In this document: positions 1 to 13,193 of the stretch, piece after piece
Layout: each line of letters starts with the position of its first letter
How positions within the stretch are numbered: the first letter of the stretch is position 1
Source: Octopus bimaculoides
Taxonomy: Eukaryota
DNA length: 64,000 nt
Assembly: GCF_001194135.2 (NCBI RefSeq)
Contig: NC_068981.1
Span: forward strand, 168,168,791 to 168,232,790
Direction of reading: 5' to 3'
Position numbers and translations under genes: made by a program
The notes under the pieces: generated by a model
Databases searched by the model: none
Seen by the model: the letters and a program-made list of their open reading frames with translations, nothing else
Told to the model about the DNA's origin: nothing

Positions 1-309
1 GCATGGCTGTTCGTATGCATGCGTCATACAGTCTGCCTTTTACTCTGAGTGAGAGTCCCTTTGTCGCCAGCAGGGGTAAGAGCTCTCTAAACTTTGCCCA
101 GGCTATTCTTATTCTAGCAGCTACACTTTCAGCGCACCCACCCCCACTACTAACTTGGTCGCCCAGATAGCGGAAGCTATCGACTACCTCTAGTTTTTCA
201 CCCTGGAATGAGATAGAAGTTGTTTTCTGTTTGTTTACAGTCTTTATTGCACCTGAACATCTGCCACAAACAAAAACTAACTTGCTAGTTAACCTGCCTT
301 TGATGTTGC

Positions 310-1463
310 TGCACCTATCAGAAAAGCCGTGGAGTCGCTTACACCTGGACCACGCAATAAATCTTATGGGTAGAGATTGGCTGGTGATCACAGATGCTTA
401 TTCCAAGTACCCATGCATTCATCCTACTTCCTCCACGTCCTCCAAAGCCACTTTAAATCTGCTTGAGGAAGACTTTGCGCACTTCGGATTTCCTCACACA
501 CTGGTCACCGATAACGCACCAACTTTTACGTCTGAGGAGTTCCAGAGCTGGTGCAAAGAACGTGGGATCACACACCTGACAGGGGCACCTTACCATCCAG
601 CTACCAACGGAGCAGCGGAACATTTGGTGCAAACCTTCAAACAAGCTCTGAGGAAGTCTTCTCTTCCGCCGACNNNNNNNNNNNNNNNNNNNNNNNNNNN
701 NNNNNNNNNNNNNNNNNNNNNNNNNNNNNNNNNNNNNNNNNNNNNNNNNNNNNNNNNNNNNNNNNNNNNNNNNNNNNNNNNNNNNNNNNNNNNNNNNNNN
801 NNNNNNNNNNNNNNNNNNNNNNNNNNNNNNNNNNNNNNNNNNNNNNNNNNNNNNNNNNNNNNNNNNNNNNNNNNNNNNNNNNNNNNNNNNNNNNNNNNNN
901 NNNNNNNNNNNNNNNNNNNNNNNNNNNNNNNNNNNNNNNNNNNNNNNNNNNNNNNNNNNNNNNNNNNNNNNNNNNNNNNNNNNNNNNNNNNNNNNNNNNN
1001 NNNNNNNNNNNNNNNNNNNNNNNNNNNNNNNNNNNNNNNNNNNNNNNNNNNNNNNNNNNNNNNNNNNNNNNNNNNNNNNNNNNNNNNNNNNNNNNNNNNN
1101 NNNNNNNNNNNNNNNNNNNNNNNNNNNNNNNNNNNNNNNNNNNNNNNNNNNNNNNNNNNNNNNNNNNNNNNNNNNNNNNNNNNNNNNNNNNNNNNNNNNN
1201 NNNNNNNNNNNNNNNNNNNNNNNNNNNNNNNNNNNNNNNNNNNNNNNNNNNNNNNNAAAACACTGTATTTCAATTTGCAACAGATCACCCAATGGAGATC
1301 TCGGAAACTGTGCCACTAACTCAAAGACAAACCAGACCCAAGACCATGTTACCCGTTCCAGAGTATGGACCAGACAACCCAAGACGGTCCAAGAGAACCC
1401 GTAAAACCCAAGAGAGACTTTGCTGCTGATACTTCTTGTGTAGCATCAATTTCAGTGGTGAGG
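310..1463 (+). mobile_element. Ty3/gypsy (Mag/K02A2.6-like) integrase fragment, 5'-truncated and interrupted by an N-gap
   Basis: PWSRLHLDH...DAYSKY...LVTDNAPTFTSEEF...APYHPATNGAAE, the integrase DDE core. A purine-rich PPT-like tract precedes the LTR. Confidence 0.9.
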
Positions 1464-1747
1464 TGTTATAGGGACTGTTAGATTTGTTATTCGTCTGACG
1501 TCTCGTGTTTCAATGTGGTTCGTCTGAGTTCATTGTTTCATTGTTGTTGTTCTGAACGACTGGGGTAGTAAAATGTCATTGATAGATATGGTGGACATGA
1601 CTCTTGTTTTATTAACATCGAACTTTCGGCAAGTGCGTTCTTTGTATGTAATTGAATAATAAATGTAATAATTAAATTTGTACAACTCGTTTTCTTATCT
1701 CTGCGAGTCTCCCAAGAGGAATACAACAAGACCCATACTTCACAACA
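1464..1747 (+). mobile_element. 3' LTR of the gypsy element (TGTT...AACA)
   Basis: Starts TGTTATA directly after agtggtgagg, ends CACAACA, and contains AATAAA. Confidence 0.7.
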
Positions 1748-2698
1748 GAAGTGTTAAAGCTGGTCCCTCTGTTGGTGTAAAGCCCTTGTACTTGTAGCAG
1801 TGCCACATAAAAGCACTCATGTAGCATCATGTAAAAGTGCCCATGTGACGCAACATAAAAGCACCCAGCAACTCTCTGTGAAGTGGTTGGCGGTAGGAAG
1901 AGCATCCAGCCATAGAAACCATGCCAAATTAGACTGGAGGCTGGTGCAGCTCTCAAGCTTGCCACCACTGGTCAAACCATCCAACCCATGCCAGCATGTA
2001 CAACAGACGTTAAATGATGATGATGATAAAAGGCTTTCTAAGTTTCCAGCTCCCAAATCCACTCACAAGGCTTTGGTCAGCCTAAGGATATAGCAGAAGG
2101 CATTTGCCCAAAGTGCTACACAGTGTGACTGAACCTAAAGCCATGAGGTTGGGAAGCAGGATTCTTACCACATATCCACCCTTGTACTCTTTTCACATAT
2201 AAGATCCAGTTACTATCATAAATTGCCAGCCTCGGGCTAATGATTGGTTTAGTTTGATAAGTCAAGAATGAGAGAGTTCACGGAGATCCATATCTAGACA
2301 TTGATATAGCACAGTAAACATGAACAGGTCTTTTTCTCATGATTACAGTTTAATGAGGAGGGAGGGCAATGCCCTTGACCCATTACATCTTTAATCTTAA
2401 GGTCTGGCCTGAATGCTTGTAACAGAGTGGACTCTGCTAAAGGCACTCAAGAAACAGGCGGTGGTTTTAAACTGGGTGACAGATTAAGTATTTTACAGGT
2501 TCCAAAAACTAAATGTTTCATGACAGTTTAAAATTAACGATAAAGTTAACTCATCATCATCATCATTTAACGTCTGTCTTCCATGCTGATATGGGTTAGA
2601 TGGTTTGACAGGAGCTGGCTAAGCAGAAGACAGCTCCAAAACCATTTTTTAAAACTAATGTAACATCAGTGATTTAGTAACTGTGAGACATACCAACT

Positions 2699-2896
2699 TT
2701 AACTCTTTAGCATTTAAACCAGCCATGTCCAAACCACCTAGATCCAGCCTCTCACACCTACCCTACAATGTCTTTCTAAAATTAATGAGTCACATCATCA
2801 AAATTTCAAAGATATGAGATAATGAAAGATTAATTCAAAACAATGTGAATAAATAAGTATTACATTTGACAGAGTAATCTGAATGCTAGAGGATTA
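2699..2896. mobile_element. piggyBac-like MITE (TTAA-flanked, C(C/T)CTTTAGCATT termini); related copies at about 24280-24510, 36055-36190 and 37260-37470
   Basis: ttaactctttagcatt...aatgctagaggattaa. The 24.3-kb copy is the reverse complement of this one. Confidence 0.65.
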
Positions 2897-2988
2897 ACTC
2901 AGATATTTTGTACTAAAGCTAAAATGAAGAAAATAAATAGAGAAATAGACAAAAAGAAAGAAGACAGACTGGGGGAGGGGGAACTTAC

Positions 2989-3053
2989 CTTTGCACTTGG
3001 ACACATCCTCGTCACAGAGTTAAGGCACTTTTGGTGGCATCGATACCCACATT
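2989..3053 (-). CDS. DEF8: DEF8 coding exon, end of the C1 domain (ECGYRCHQKCLNSVTRMCPSAK); the gene continues beyond the left edge of the window
   Basis: cctttccgtacag|AA ... AAG|gtaagt, 65 nt, phase 1-0. Completes the CxxCHxxC...C motif. Confidence 0.93.
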
Positions 3054-3211
3054 CTGTACGGAAAGGATAGAATTGTGAAAGAAAGAATAATTATAAATTT
3101 GTGGTACCATCAAGTGTCAGGTTACCATCAACCGTGACTCACATTCAAAAGAGAACATGTACCAACTCTGAGAATATTTAACAAAAGTCAATTTTCATAA
3201 CTACTAGATTT

Positions 3212-3264
<53 letters not shown>

Positions 3265-3371
3265 NNNNNNNNNNCAAGTATATCAACTGAAAGCAATGAA
3301 CGATAGAGATATTCAAATCGAGAAAAGGAAATTAAAATTTTCAGTATAGTTGCAAATAATTTATCTACTAT

Positions 3372-3404
<33 letters not shown>

Positions 3405-3554
3405 ATGCGTGCATGCGTGTGTGCATGCGTGCATGCGTGTGTGCATGCGTGCGTTTGAGCTTTATATTACTTTTCCACTAGTTTCATTCATTGGACTAAG
3501 GCCATGCTGAGACAATGCCTTCCAGAGTTTTAGCTCAATATATCAAACCCAGTA

Positions 3555-3967
3555 CAGGTCATCATCGACATAAAGTCGATTGGTCGACTTTATGGCGATT
3601 GGCACGCCAGCTCCCAGCAGCAGCAATAAATAGTCCAGTTGAAATCTAATGGGTTTAATTTCTTAGAAATTAACCTGTCTACGAATGATGTCAGCTAACA
3701 AATGACATCGAAGATCCACAACCAAGCATCAGCCTACAACAATTTTTTATGTAAGTTTTGCAACTGTTTCTTGCATCGCATTGTATATTTCTTGTATTTG
3801 CATTCATTGGTACTTTTCTATGAACAAATAACACTGTTGTAATATAATACAGAATTCTGTGTGACTTTTACCTGAGAATGTACCTTAAGAATGTAAAAAT
3901 ATAAAACCAAATTGACTTACAACAAGTCAGTCAGAACCAACTGTGGTCGTAAGTCGATGACGACCTG
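3555..3967. mobile_element. pogo/Tigger-like MITE with TA TSD
   Basis: TA|CAGGTCATCATCGACATAAAG ... CGTAAGTCGATGACGACCTG|TA terminal inverted repeats, plus a subterminal 16-bp hairpin at 3564-3599. Confidence 0.8.
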
Positions 3968-4460
3968 TAATTATTTCATTATAAGAATGGATTTTTCTCC
4001 ACAGCTAGACATGTTTTACATGGAAGTGGAAACAAATAACCTCACTTGTATGATGATAATGCTCATTTACAAACATCACATGATGTCTAGACAAAAGTAC
4101 ACACACACACACATACATATACATACATACAATGAGCTTCTATCAGTTTCTGTCTCTGAAATCCACTCATGAGCTTTGTTGGGCTGAGGCTATAGTAGAG
4201 GACACTTGCCCAAGGTGCTGCACAGTGGAACTGAACCCAAGGCCATATGGTTGGGGAAGTTTGCTTCCCAACACACAGCCATGTCTGTGTCTATAACATC
4301 CTCATATAAAACAAAAAAAAAATTGCTCCAACAAGGAAAATGTCCAAGTTTGTGAAACATGGAAAATCAATATATAAATGAGAAAGAGAGGGGAGAGAGA
4401 AGGAAAATGAGAGAAAGACATAAAAAGAGAGAGACACAAAATAAGAAGAAGAATGCATAC

Positions 4461-4608
4461 CTTGACATTTGTACCATGTATTGATTCCTATCAACCCCCA
4501 AATAACACCTTTACATTTCTCACATGGATGACTATTGGCACCGACACGTTCTTTGAATTTGTGAGACATGACAACTTTGATTTGGGTGTCAGTTTCAACA
4601 GGTCCTTC
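4461..4608 (-). CDS. DEF8: DEF8 coding exon, first part of the C1 (phorbol-ester/DAG-type) zinc finger (HKFKERVGANSHPCEKCKGVIWGLIGINTWYKCQ)
   Basis: ttttacag|GAA ... CAAG|gtatgc, 148 nt, phase 0-1. Contains the H..CxxC..IWGL..C pattern. Confidence 0.93.
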
Positions 4609-5948
4609 CTGTAAAATAGACAATCTATGTCTAAGTGCAGAGCAATAAACATGTAAAGCATACAGTCCTTTTAGCATTAATATAAACAACAACTGAGATT
4701 AGTTGAATTTAATACATACCTAGTCTTCCCCTCTACCCCTCCTTCACACCTTCCACAGGCCACAACTTCCTTCACCTCTGCACTGCATTAATTAACTCAA
4801 TTCTTCCCACTGATTGCAACAACTCAGTCTGCTGAGTTCTGTTATCCTACTACCCAATCATTTATACAGCCATATATATTTTAAATACTATTGGATTTTA
4901 CTCACAATGTATTGGAATCTTATATGAATACCATTCTGCCTAAATCATGGATCTACAAATGCAATATCCCTGCACATCTCACATCTATTTTCATTCCTCC
5001 ACTTCACTCTCTATTTCGTATCTTATCTAAATTAACTATTGCTTAACCATTTTCTCACACCGTCTCCAATGAAGGGTTATAATAAATATCCTGAAACAGC
5101 TGTAAGACCTTCAATTTATAAATGTTCTAGAATCTTCACAGCCAAGGTTTTTTTTATCTCATTCTGAGATAGATATATATGTATATATNNNNNNNNNNNN
5201 NNNNNNNNNNNNNNNNNNNNNNNNNNNNNNNNNNNNATATAAATGAAAAAATGTCTAAACAAATGAAATAACATATACTGAATGTAAAAACAAATGGGAG
5301 ACAAACAGAAAGTCCATAATTCTTCATCAGTTATCGACCAATGGTACTCTTCAGTTTCACACCTTTAATGCTAAGACTGAATGCTTCCCTATTGAAGGTG
5401 CCCACAAAAAAAGTTGACTAACACAAAAGATGGAGTGTAGCTAGAAGCTTTATTAGCACAACAATTGTTTTGGCTTTGTTCTGCACTGCTCCCTAGTGGG
5501 TGTGGGATGATGTAATGACATCATATGTAATGCACAGTGCAAGGAACCTCATCAGGTGATGTAACATACTTCAGAAGTTAGATCCAGTGACAAATGTGCA
5601 GTAACGCTGATGACGCTTGGTTGCCATAAGTGGTAAGTGTGCTCCACAGGCATACTACCTGGGACTTACCTGAAACAAGGTTTGGATACTACAGTTAATG
5701 CTTCTTTTCTAAACCTTAATTTTTAATTTAACCATATATATATATATATATATATAATACAAAGAATATATATACATGTATACACACATATATGTACATA
5801 CTTACATCTACATGTGTATATATATGCATATCAGGGTACAGGACGTTAGAACAATGAACTACAGACAACAGAACGAACACATAGGAAAACGGAAAGCCAC
5901 TTGGAATATTCCTTCATCAGCTGTCTCTATTCTAACCTGACGTTTCGA

Positions 5949-5999
<51 letters not shown>

Positions 6000-6002
<3 letters not shown>

Positions 6003-6217
6003 GGGGGTGCTGAAAAGTTTCTGGCTTTGAGTAAAAGAAAATACAGGGCGATCAGTTAATTATAATTTTATTGAAGATATTCCTCTCTCAGATTCACGCA
6101 CTCACTGCAGCAGTCCTTCAGTTTTTCTAAGCCCTGTAAAAGAACTCTGAAGGTTTGGCCTCTAGCCAGGCCTTTCACAATACCCTTAAAACCAGGAACT
6201 TTACAGCACCTCCTCAT
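6000..6217. mobile_element. Mariner-type MITE (AGGGGGTGCTGAAAAGTT...AACTTTACAGCACCTCCT); second copy at about 10457-10673
   Basis: Inverted termini, and two similar copies in the window. Confidence 0.75.
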
Positions 6218-6261
6218 GTGTGTGTGTATGTACGTATGTATATAAATATACATATATATAT

Positions 6262-6294
<33 letters not shown>

Positions 6295-6678
6295 GTTTAA
6301 CGTCCGCTTTCCATGCTAGCATGGGTTGGACGATTTGACTGAGGACTGGTGAAACCGGATGGCAACACCAGGCTCCAATCTAAATTTGGCAGAGTTTTTA
6401 CAGCTGGATGCCCTTCCTAACGCCAACCACTCAGAGAGTGTAGTAGGTGCTTTTACGTATATATATATATACATACATTAATATAAACAGCTAGGCACAA
6501 TATGATACCATAAAGGAAAAATTCAATCATCACTAAGTGTGACTAAGGATGCCGAAGCACCTACATTGCTAGAAATAAGAATTAAAATACTCTTAATGCT
6601 GTAAGAGGAGAGCAGATGTAAAAGCACATGCTGACAGGGGAGGAAACCACTCCATGACCAAATAGCAGTGCAATATTC

Positions 6679-6895
6679 TCACTTTTAAGTTTAACTCTGA
6701 AGATTTTCTATAGAATTCAGAGCCAACACTGCAAGTTATGATGTTTCATACACAAATACATCTACGTAAACAATGTGATCAAAGACAGATCTTTAATCGT
6801 ATTGTTTACACAGACATATTCGTTTACAAAATGCCATAACTTGCAGTACTGGCTCTGAATTCTATAGAAAATCTTCAGAGATAAACTTGAAAGTG

Positions 6896-6896
<1 letters not shown>
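6679..6896. repeat. 218-bp fold-back palindrome (107-bp arms, 4-nt centre) in a DEF8 intron
   Basis: The arms are reverse complements: 4 mismatches in the outer 62 bp and 14 in the inner 45 bp. Confidence 0.9.

Positions 6897-6976
<80 letters not shown>
6897..6976. repeat. Compound (TG)n(TC)n microsatellite, one of many (CA/TG)n, (TA)n and (CAT)n tracts in the window
   Basis: Read directly from the sequence. Confidence 0.95.
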
Positions 6977-6978
<2 letters not shown>

Positions 6979-7541
6979 GACCAAGCAGACTATTGGGTGT
7001 CATTATACACTGCTAGTAGCAATGTGCTTCCTTGGATTGTTGTAGCTTTTGAATGATGTCACTCTGCTGGCGAGATGAGCAGGCTGGCATTCATCCTCAA
7101 TAGAAGCCCAGTCTGTTGCAGGGTTCCCATTTACAGCTGAGTGGACTGCAGTAATGTGAAATGAAGTGTTTTGCTCAAAAACATAATACACTGCCTGTCT
7201 GGAAATAAAAACACCCTAACCATTAGGCTATGCACACACACACACACACACACACACATACATACAGGGAGAAAGAGAGAGAGAAATGCTGATACATGTG
7301 ATCTCATAAGTCCTTAAATCCTAGTACTTGGATATGATGTTGAACAGTAACATTCCCAGATGATTTGGAAACTATTTCTGATGGCTTGGTGAACTGAAAC
7401 GTGTAAACTTAAGCCAAAGTTTAATTTCACATCCAGGATCATACATACAAACACACAATGTTACACACCATATGTAAATTGTTACATATTAAAATTCATA
7501 GACACCTACACCTGAAAGCAACGACAGAAAGTAGAACCTAC

Positions 7542-7703
7542 CTTCAGCTCTTGGTAGTGCATGCGCAACTGAATTAGTTTCTGTACTAGTTTCTGCTGAC
7601 GGCTAGCACTTGCTGGGTCTGATGGATCACACTGTCGGATCAACTCTTTACAGTTTTCAATGGCCATATTTAATTCCTCTTCACTAGTTTGTCCGAAATG
7701 TCC
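7542..7703 (-). CDS. DEF8: DEF8 coding exon, helical/coiled-coil segment (GHFGQTSEEELNMAIENCKELI...KLIQLRMHYQELK)
   Basis: tatgcag|GGA ... AAG|gtaggt, 162 nt. Similar to recalled DEF8 QQLRQAIEECKQVI...RLIHLRLKLQELK. Confidence 0.92.
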
Positions 7704-9806
7704 CTGCATATAATTAACAATAACAATATCAGTAGTTTATAATTTCCAAATTTTTCCATGAGTAAAGATGGTAAAAAAATATTTCAAGGAATACTTCTTT
7801 TTTGTTTTCTTTTGTATGCTTGTCCTATGAATATTTAAAGGAACCTTTAAAAAAAAAAACTGACAGAAGGCACATCATAATTCAGGTTAAAATCATCATC
7901 ATCGTTTAACGTCCGCTTTCCATGCTAGCATGGGTTTGACGATTTGAATGAGGACTGGTGAAACCAGATGGCTACACCAAGCTCCAATCTGATTTGACAG
8001 AGTTTCTACAGCTGGATGCCCTTCCTAGCGCCAACCACTCCGAGAGTGTAGTGGGTGCTTTTACGTGCCACCAGCATGAAGGCCAGTCAGGCGGTACTGG
8101 CAACGGCCACACTCAATGAAGATCCAAATTAAGTTATTCCAAAAGGAACACCAATGACTTATCATTAGTATCAGTATGATGATGAGGATGACAACAGTTA
8201 TGAAGTGCTGGTGATTGCCTAACTGAAGACCATACAGCACATTCTAATATACATTGGATTAACTCTATAGATGCAAAATGACAGTTTGAACGTGCTCTCT
8301 TTTCAGTATGTTTCTGTAGATTCAGGTGGTAGCTACAGAGGAAACAAAGTAGACTTGGTCTGAAACATAACAGTTCATACTTGTCTGCACTTATCACTGC
8401 AGCTGTGCATATCAGCACAGTGTTTAGACCTAATAATGCCATTGATGCTGGTGCTATTTTTGTATGTTTGTGAGGTTTTTTGGGGTTTTTTTTTTATATT
8501 TGTTTGAACCAGTCAGAAGATAAAGTGTTCCCAAAGTACTGTACTGACGTTCTAGAGTATTGTAGTTACATCTAGGAGCCTTTTAGGGAGGAAGGGATAT
8601 GCATGCATATAGTGGCAGGGATTACAAGTGTTGGAAGTTATTACCAAAATGAACTTTGTTCCCTGTATGTCTAGGTAGTCTTTCACTTTTTTGTATATTT
8701 GGGTATGTAATCTGAGTGTGAACTGTTTACAGCCTCTGATAATGTAGAGTGCACCGTTTTGTGTTCTTTGTAACTTACTATGATTTATTAAGAAGATATT
8801 GAAGGTTGGGGAAGACTGACACAATATATAATGATTCAAATGCATCATTTACATTGGAGATTAGAGGCCTAATAGGACTGAAATAATCCATAAAGTATCA
8901 AATGCACTTTTTGTATTGGAGATTGGATGTCAAGTAGGACTGACACAGTCCATAATGGATCAATACTCTGTTTATATTGGAGTCTGGATGCCTAAAAGAA
9001 CTGACAAAATCTATAACGGACTGAATGCAGGAGGCGCAATGGCTCAGGCTGTTCCGTTGATCGGATCAACTGGAACCCTCGACGTCGTAAGCAATGGAGT
9101 GCCAACAACAACAATGCTATGCAATATTTTTATGTCGTTGAGTGTGATGCTTGCAACTGATTATTTTCTTTTCTTGCTGACAAGAAGCAAAAAATGGTGG
9201 ATTTGGAAAAGGGTGCTTAAAACATGTTGTTTCGGGGTGAGGTTTCTAGGTGGAGACATTGTGCAGCTTCCTGACTGAGATGTTATCTGCACATCATGCT
9301 ATGGTATTTGTGTGTGGGATGATTGCGGAAGAGAGAGAGCTTTTGAGATATAAGAAAGTGCTGTAGGTATAATTTAAAGAGACTGAATGAAAGGGCAGAT
9401 ATCTGTAGAAATCCATCTCAGAAATTGTAGATTATAGATGTGCTGTTGTACAGTTGATAGATTTGGTAACCTGAGTGGTAGTTTGCTAGTCTCATGGTAG
9501 TGATAATAACAATGGCCGAAGTAGTATATACTGTGGTGATGATAATGGTTGTGGTGGTAGTAGTGATGGCAATGATAGTGATGATTTTGAAATGATAGTG
9601 GTGGTGATGACTGTTAAGTTGACCAATCAAATAACAAGAACAATGGCAAACACGTCAACGATGAAGACGAGGAATATGAGTTTTAGAAATCATGAAACAT
9701 TCTTTTCTTTAAAATATGATGATAATTAATTAAAAAAGCATTCTACAGAAGTAAACAATACCAATGGGAACAGATTTTTACAAAAAAAACAGCTGAAATA
9801 ATTTAC

Positions 9807-9890
9807 CTCTGGATGTGAAAAATGATCTTCTGCCAATCCAAGTTCAGCAAAAGAAACTTCTAGATTGTCTCTGGAAGGTATTGCACCATC
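9807..9890 (-). CDS. DEF8: DEF8 coding exon (DGAIPSRDNLEVSFAELGLAEDHFSHPE)
   Basis: atttattcag|GAT ... GAG|gtaaat, 84 nt, phase 0-0. Matches the recalled DEF8 motif DLGLSEDHFSRP. Confidence 0.9.
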
Positions 9891-10409
9891 CTGAATAAAT
9901 GACCAAGCATGACTGTCGGAAGAACCTAACCAAAAAATTTACACAAATATATTGCTATCAGTGGGAAAATAGCAGCATGAACAAGAGTCACATGTTTTGT
10001 TTACACATGCATATATACATACGTAAACATAAACAGATATATAAACATACACACACATATATACATATACACACACATATACATACACACACACGAATAC
10101 ATATACATAGACACATACATACATAAATATGTATACATACACACACATATATATATGCACACGTAGATATTGGTTTTCAATTTTTGGCACAAGGCCAGCA
10201 ATTTCGTGGGAGAGGGTAAGTCAATCACATCAACAACAATATTAAACTAGTACTTACTTTATCAACTCCAAAAGGAATGAAAGGCAAAGTCAACCTTGGC
10301 AGAATTTGAACTCAGAATGTGAAGACAAACGTAATGCCAATAAGCATTTTGCCTGGGGTACTAATGATTCTGCCAGCTCGCCACCTTACACACACACACA
10401 CACACACAT

Positions 10410-10448
<39 letters not shown>

Positions 10449-10916
10449 CATACACACAAGAAGGAGCTGAAAAGCTCCTGGCTTTAGGTAATAGAAAATA
10501 CAGGAGGATCAGTTAATTATAATTTTATTCAACATATTCTTCTCTCAGATTCAAACACTTATTGCAGTGGTCCTTCAGCTTTTCTAAGCCCTATAAAAGA
10601 ACTCGGAAGGTTGGGCCTCCAATCAGGCCTTTTGCAATGCCCTTTAAGTTAGGACCTCTTCAGCACCCCATCATACAGGTCACTTATTGACAACAGTCTT
10701 ATTAGTTATACATATTCACTTTACCATAGCTAGAAGATACAACAAGCATTAAATAAAATGTTACATTACAGGTGTTGGCATGGCTGTGTGGTAAGAAGTT
10801 TGTTTTCCAAACATATGTTCTAAGTTCATTCCCACAGCATGGCACCTTGGACAAGTGCCTTCTACTATAATCTTGGACCAACTAAAGCCTTGTGAGTGGA
10901 AAGTAAAAGAAACCCA

Positions 10917-10963
<47 letters not shown>

Positions 10964-11680
10964 NNNNNNNNNNNNNNNNNNNNNNNNNNNNNNNNNNNNN
11001 NNNNNNNNNNNNNNNNNNNNNNNNNNNNNNNNNNNNNNNNNNNNNNNNNNNNNNNNNNNNNNNNNNNNNNNNNNNNNNNNNNNNNNNNNNNNNNNNNNNN
11101 NNNNNNNNNNNNNNNNNNNNNNNNNNNNNNNNNNNNNNNNNNNNNNNNNNNNNNNNNNNNNNNNNNNNNNNNNNNNNNNNNNNNNNNNNNNNNNNNNNNN
11201 NNNNNNNNNNNNNNNNNNNNNNNNNNNNNNNNNNNNNNNNNNNNNNNNNNNNNNNNNNNNNNNNNNNNNNNNNNNNNNNNNNNNNNNNNNNNNNNNNNNN
11301 NNNNNNNNNNNNNNNNNNNNNNNNNNNNNNNNNNNNNNNNNNNNNNNNNNNNNNNNNNNNNNNNNNNNNNNNNNNNNNNNNNNNNNNNNNNNNNNNNNNN
11401 NNNNNNNNNNNNNNNNNNNNNNNNNNNNNNNNNNNNNNNNNNNNNNNNNNNNNNNNNNNNNNNNNNNNNNNNNNNNNNNNNNNNNNNNNNNNNNNNNNNN
11501 NNNNNNNNNNNNNNNNNNNNNNNNNNNNNNNNNNNNNACTACAACCAGGGTAAAATAAGACCTTTGAAACTGCCTAAGTGATATATTTTAAACACAATAG
11601 AAGTTAAAAGTAGGTACAGATGTTTCTTCCCAGTTTGTGACATTCATCAATTTATCACAACAAACTTCCTATCTCACTCA

Positions 11681-11719
<39 letters not shown>

Positions 11720-11770
11720 CATTTATTACAGAGAAATAAGGTGTCTTTTTTTCCTATTGTCTTTTTTTGC

Positions 11771-11820
11771 CTTGCTTTCATAGGCTGACACACACTCTTC
11801 AGCAACAGGAAGTGAGTTGA
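11771..11820 (-). CDS. DEF8: Candidate 50-nt DEF8 exon (INSLPVAEECVSAYESK) with a non-canonical GC donor
   Basis: U-rich acceptor gttttgttgttgaatttaacag|TC and donor AAG|gcaaaa. It converts phase 1 to phase 0, which is needed to join 22296 to 9890. The true exon could instead lie in an N-gap. Confidence 0.4.
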
Positions 11821-12131
11821 CTGTTAAATTCAACAACAAAACATTGACATCCAATCTCACACATTCACGCACATTCACTTAACGAACCCATTGATAAATA
11901 TGTCAAATGTTGACTCCAATTGAATTTATCGCTAGCATGTTACTGATGCTAGTCATATTAACAACCCCTTACAACCCCCACCCAAAGTATAAGCTGTGAA
12001 GTCATTAGCACACATTCACTAAATATTGCAACGAGCATTTCTGTTTATAGAATAAAAAAAAAAGACTCCTAAATCTATACACTGTATTGATTAGCAGAAA
12101 AGACATATGATGCACTCCTATTTGACAAGTA

Positions 12132-13161
12132 CAAGGGGGTACCCAAAAGTAACTGGAAATGTTCTCTGGGACAAGTCCCTTGTAGTTCAGACTTCCAGCA
12201 CTAGAAGCCACTTGATGCAACTTTCAGGCAACATTCTGATGACTGGCGGCGTCTGGTGAGGTCATACTGCCATGTGGTGCATCTTTGTTTTGCAGTGCTT
12301 CTCCCCTGTTTGTCGATTTTTGTGATGGCCAAAACGAAAGAACAGCGTGCTTCCATGAAATTCTGTTTTCTGCTGGAAAAAATGGCAGCTGAAACAGTTG
12401 TCATGCTCCAAACATCTTACAAGGATGCTGCCATGAGCAAAACACAAGTTTACGAGTGGTTTCAACACTTTATGAATGGTCTCTTGAAGATCAACCTCAT
12501 TCAGGGAGACTGTCAACATTCCAAACAAATGGAAACATCATGAAAATTCATGAACTGATTCTTGGAAGACCATCACTGAACAACTGACAAACTTGTTGGT
12601 ATGACTGGTGTGTCCGGGAGCTCCTGACAATGAATTTTGAGTGAGGAATTGTGAATGAGAAGAGGTGCAGCAAAACTTGTGCAGTCATGACTGAATGCAT
12701 GTTGTGAACTGAAAAAACAGTTGGAAGTTGATCCAGACCTTTTTCGAAGGTCATCACTCGTGACAAGAGCTGGTGCTACAAAATTTGCAGATGTGGAAGA
12801 GGTGGAGAAAAAAAACAATGGAGGCGTTAAAAGGGATCACTTCACAAGAGATCCAACACCACTTCAAATAGTGGAAAATGCACCTGGACCAAAGCATTGC
12901 TCCAAATGGAGAATATTTTGAAGGGAATAAAAGAGTAAACATGTAAAACTAAATGAATAAAACAATATTCTTTCTTTTTTTATTCTTTTATTCTTTTATT
13001 TGTTTCAGTCATTTGACTGCAGCCATGGAGCACCACCTTTTAGTTGAGCAAATCGACCCCAGGACTTATTCTTTGTAAGCCTAGNNNNNNNNNNNNNNNN
13101 NNNNNNNNNNNNNNNNNNNNNNNNNNNNNNNNNNNNNNNNNNNNNNNNNNNCATACATATT

Positions 13162-13193
<32 letters not shown>

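Noticed and set aside
3564-3599. 16-bp hairpin
   Set aside because: Explained as a subterminal repeat of the pogo/Tigger-like MITE.
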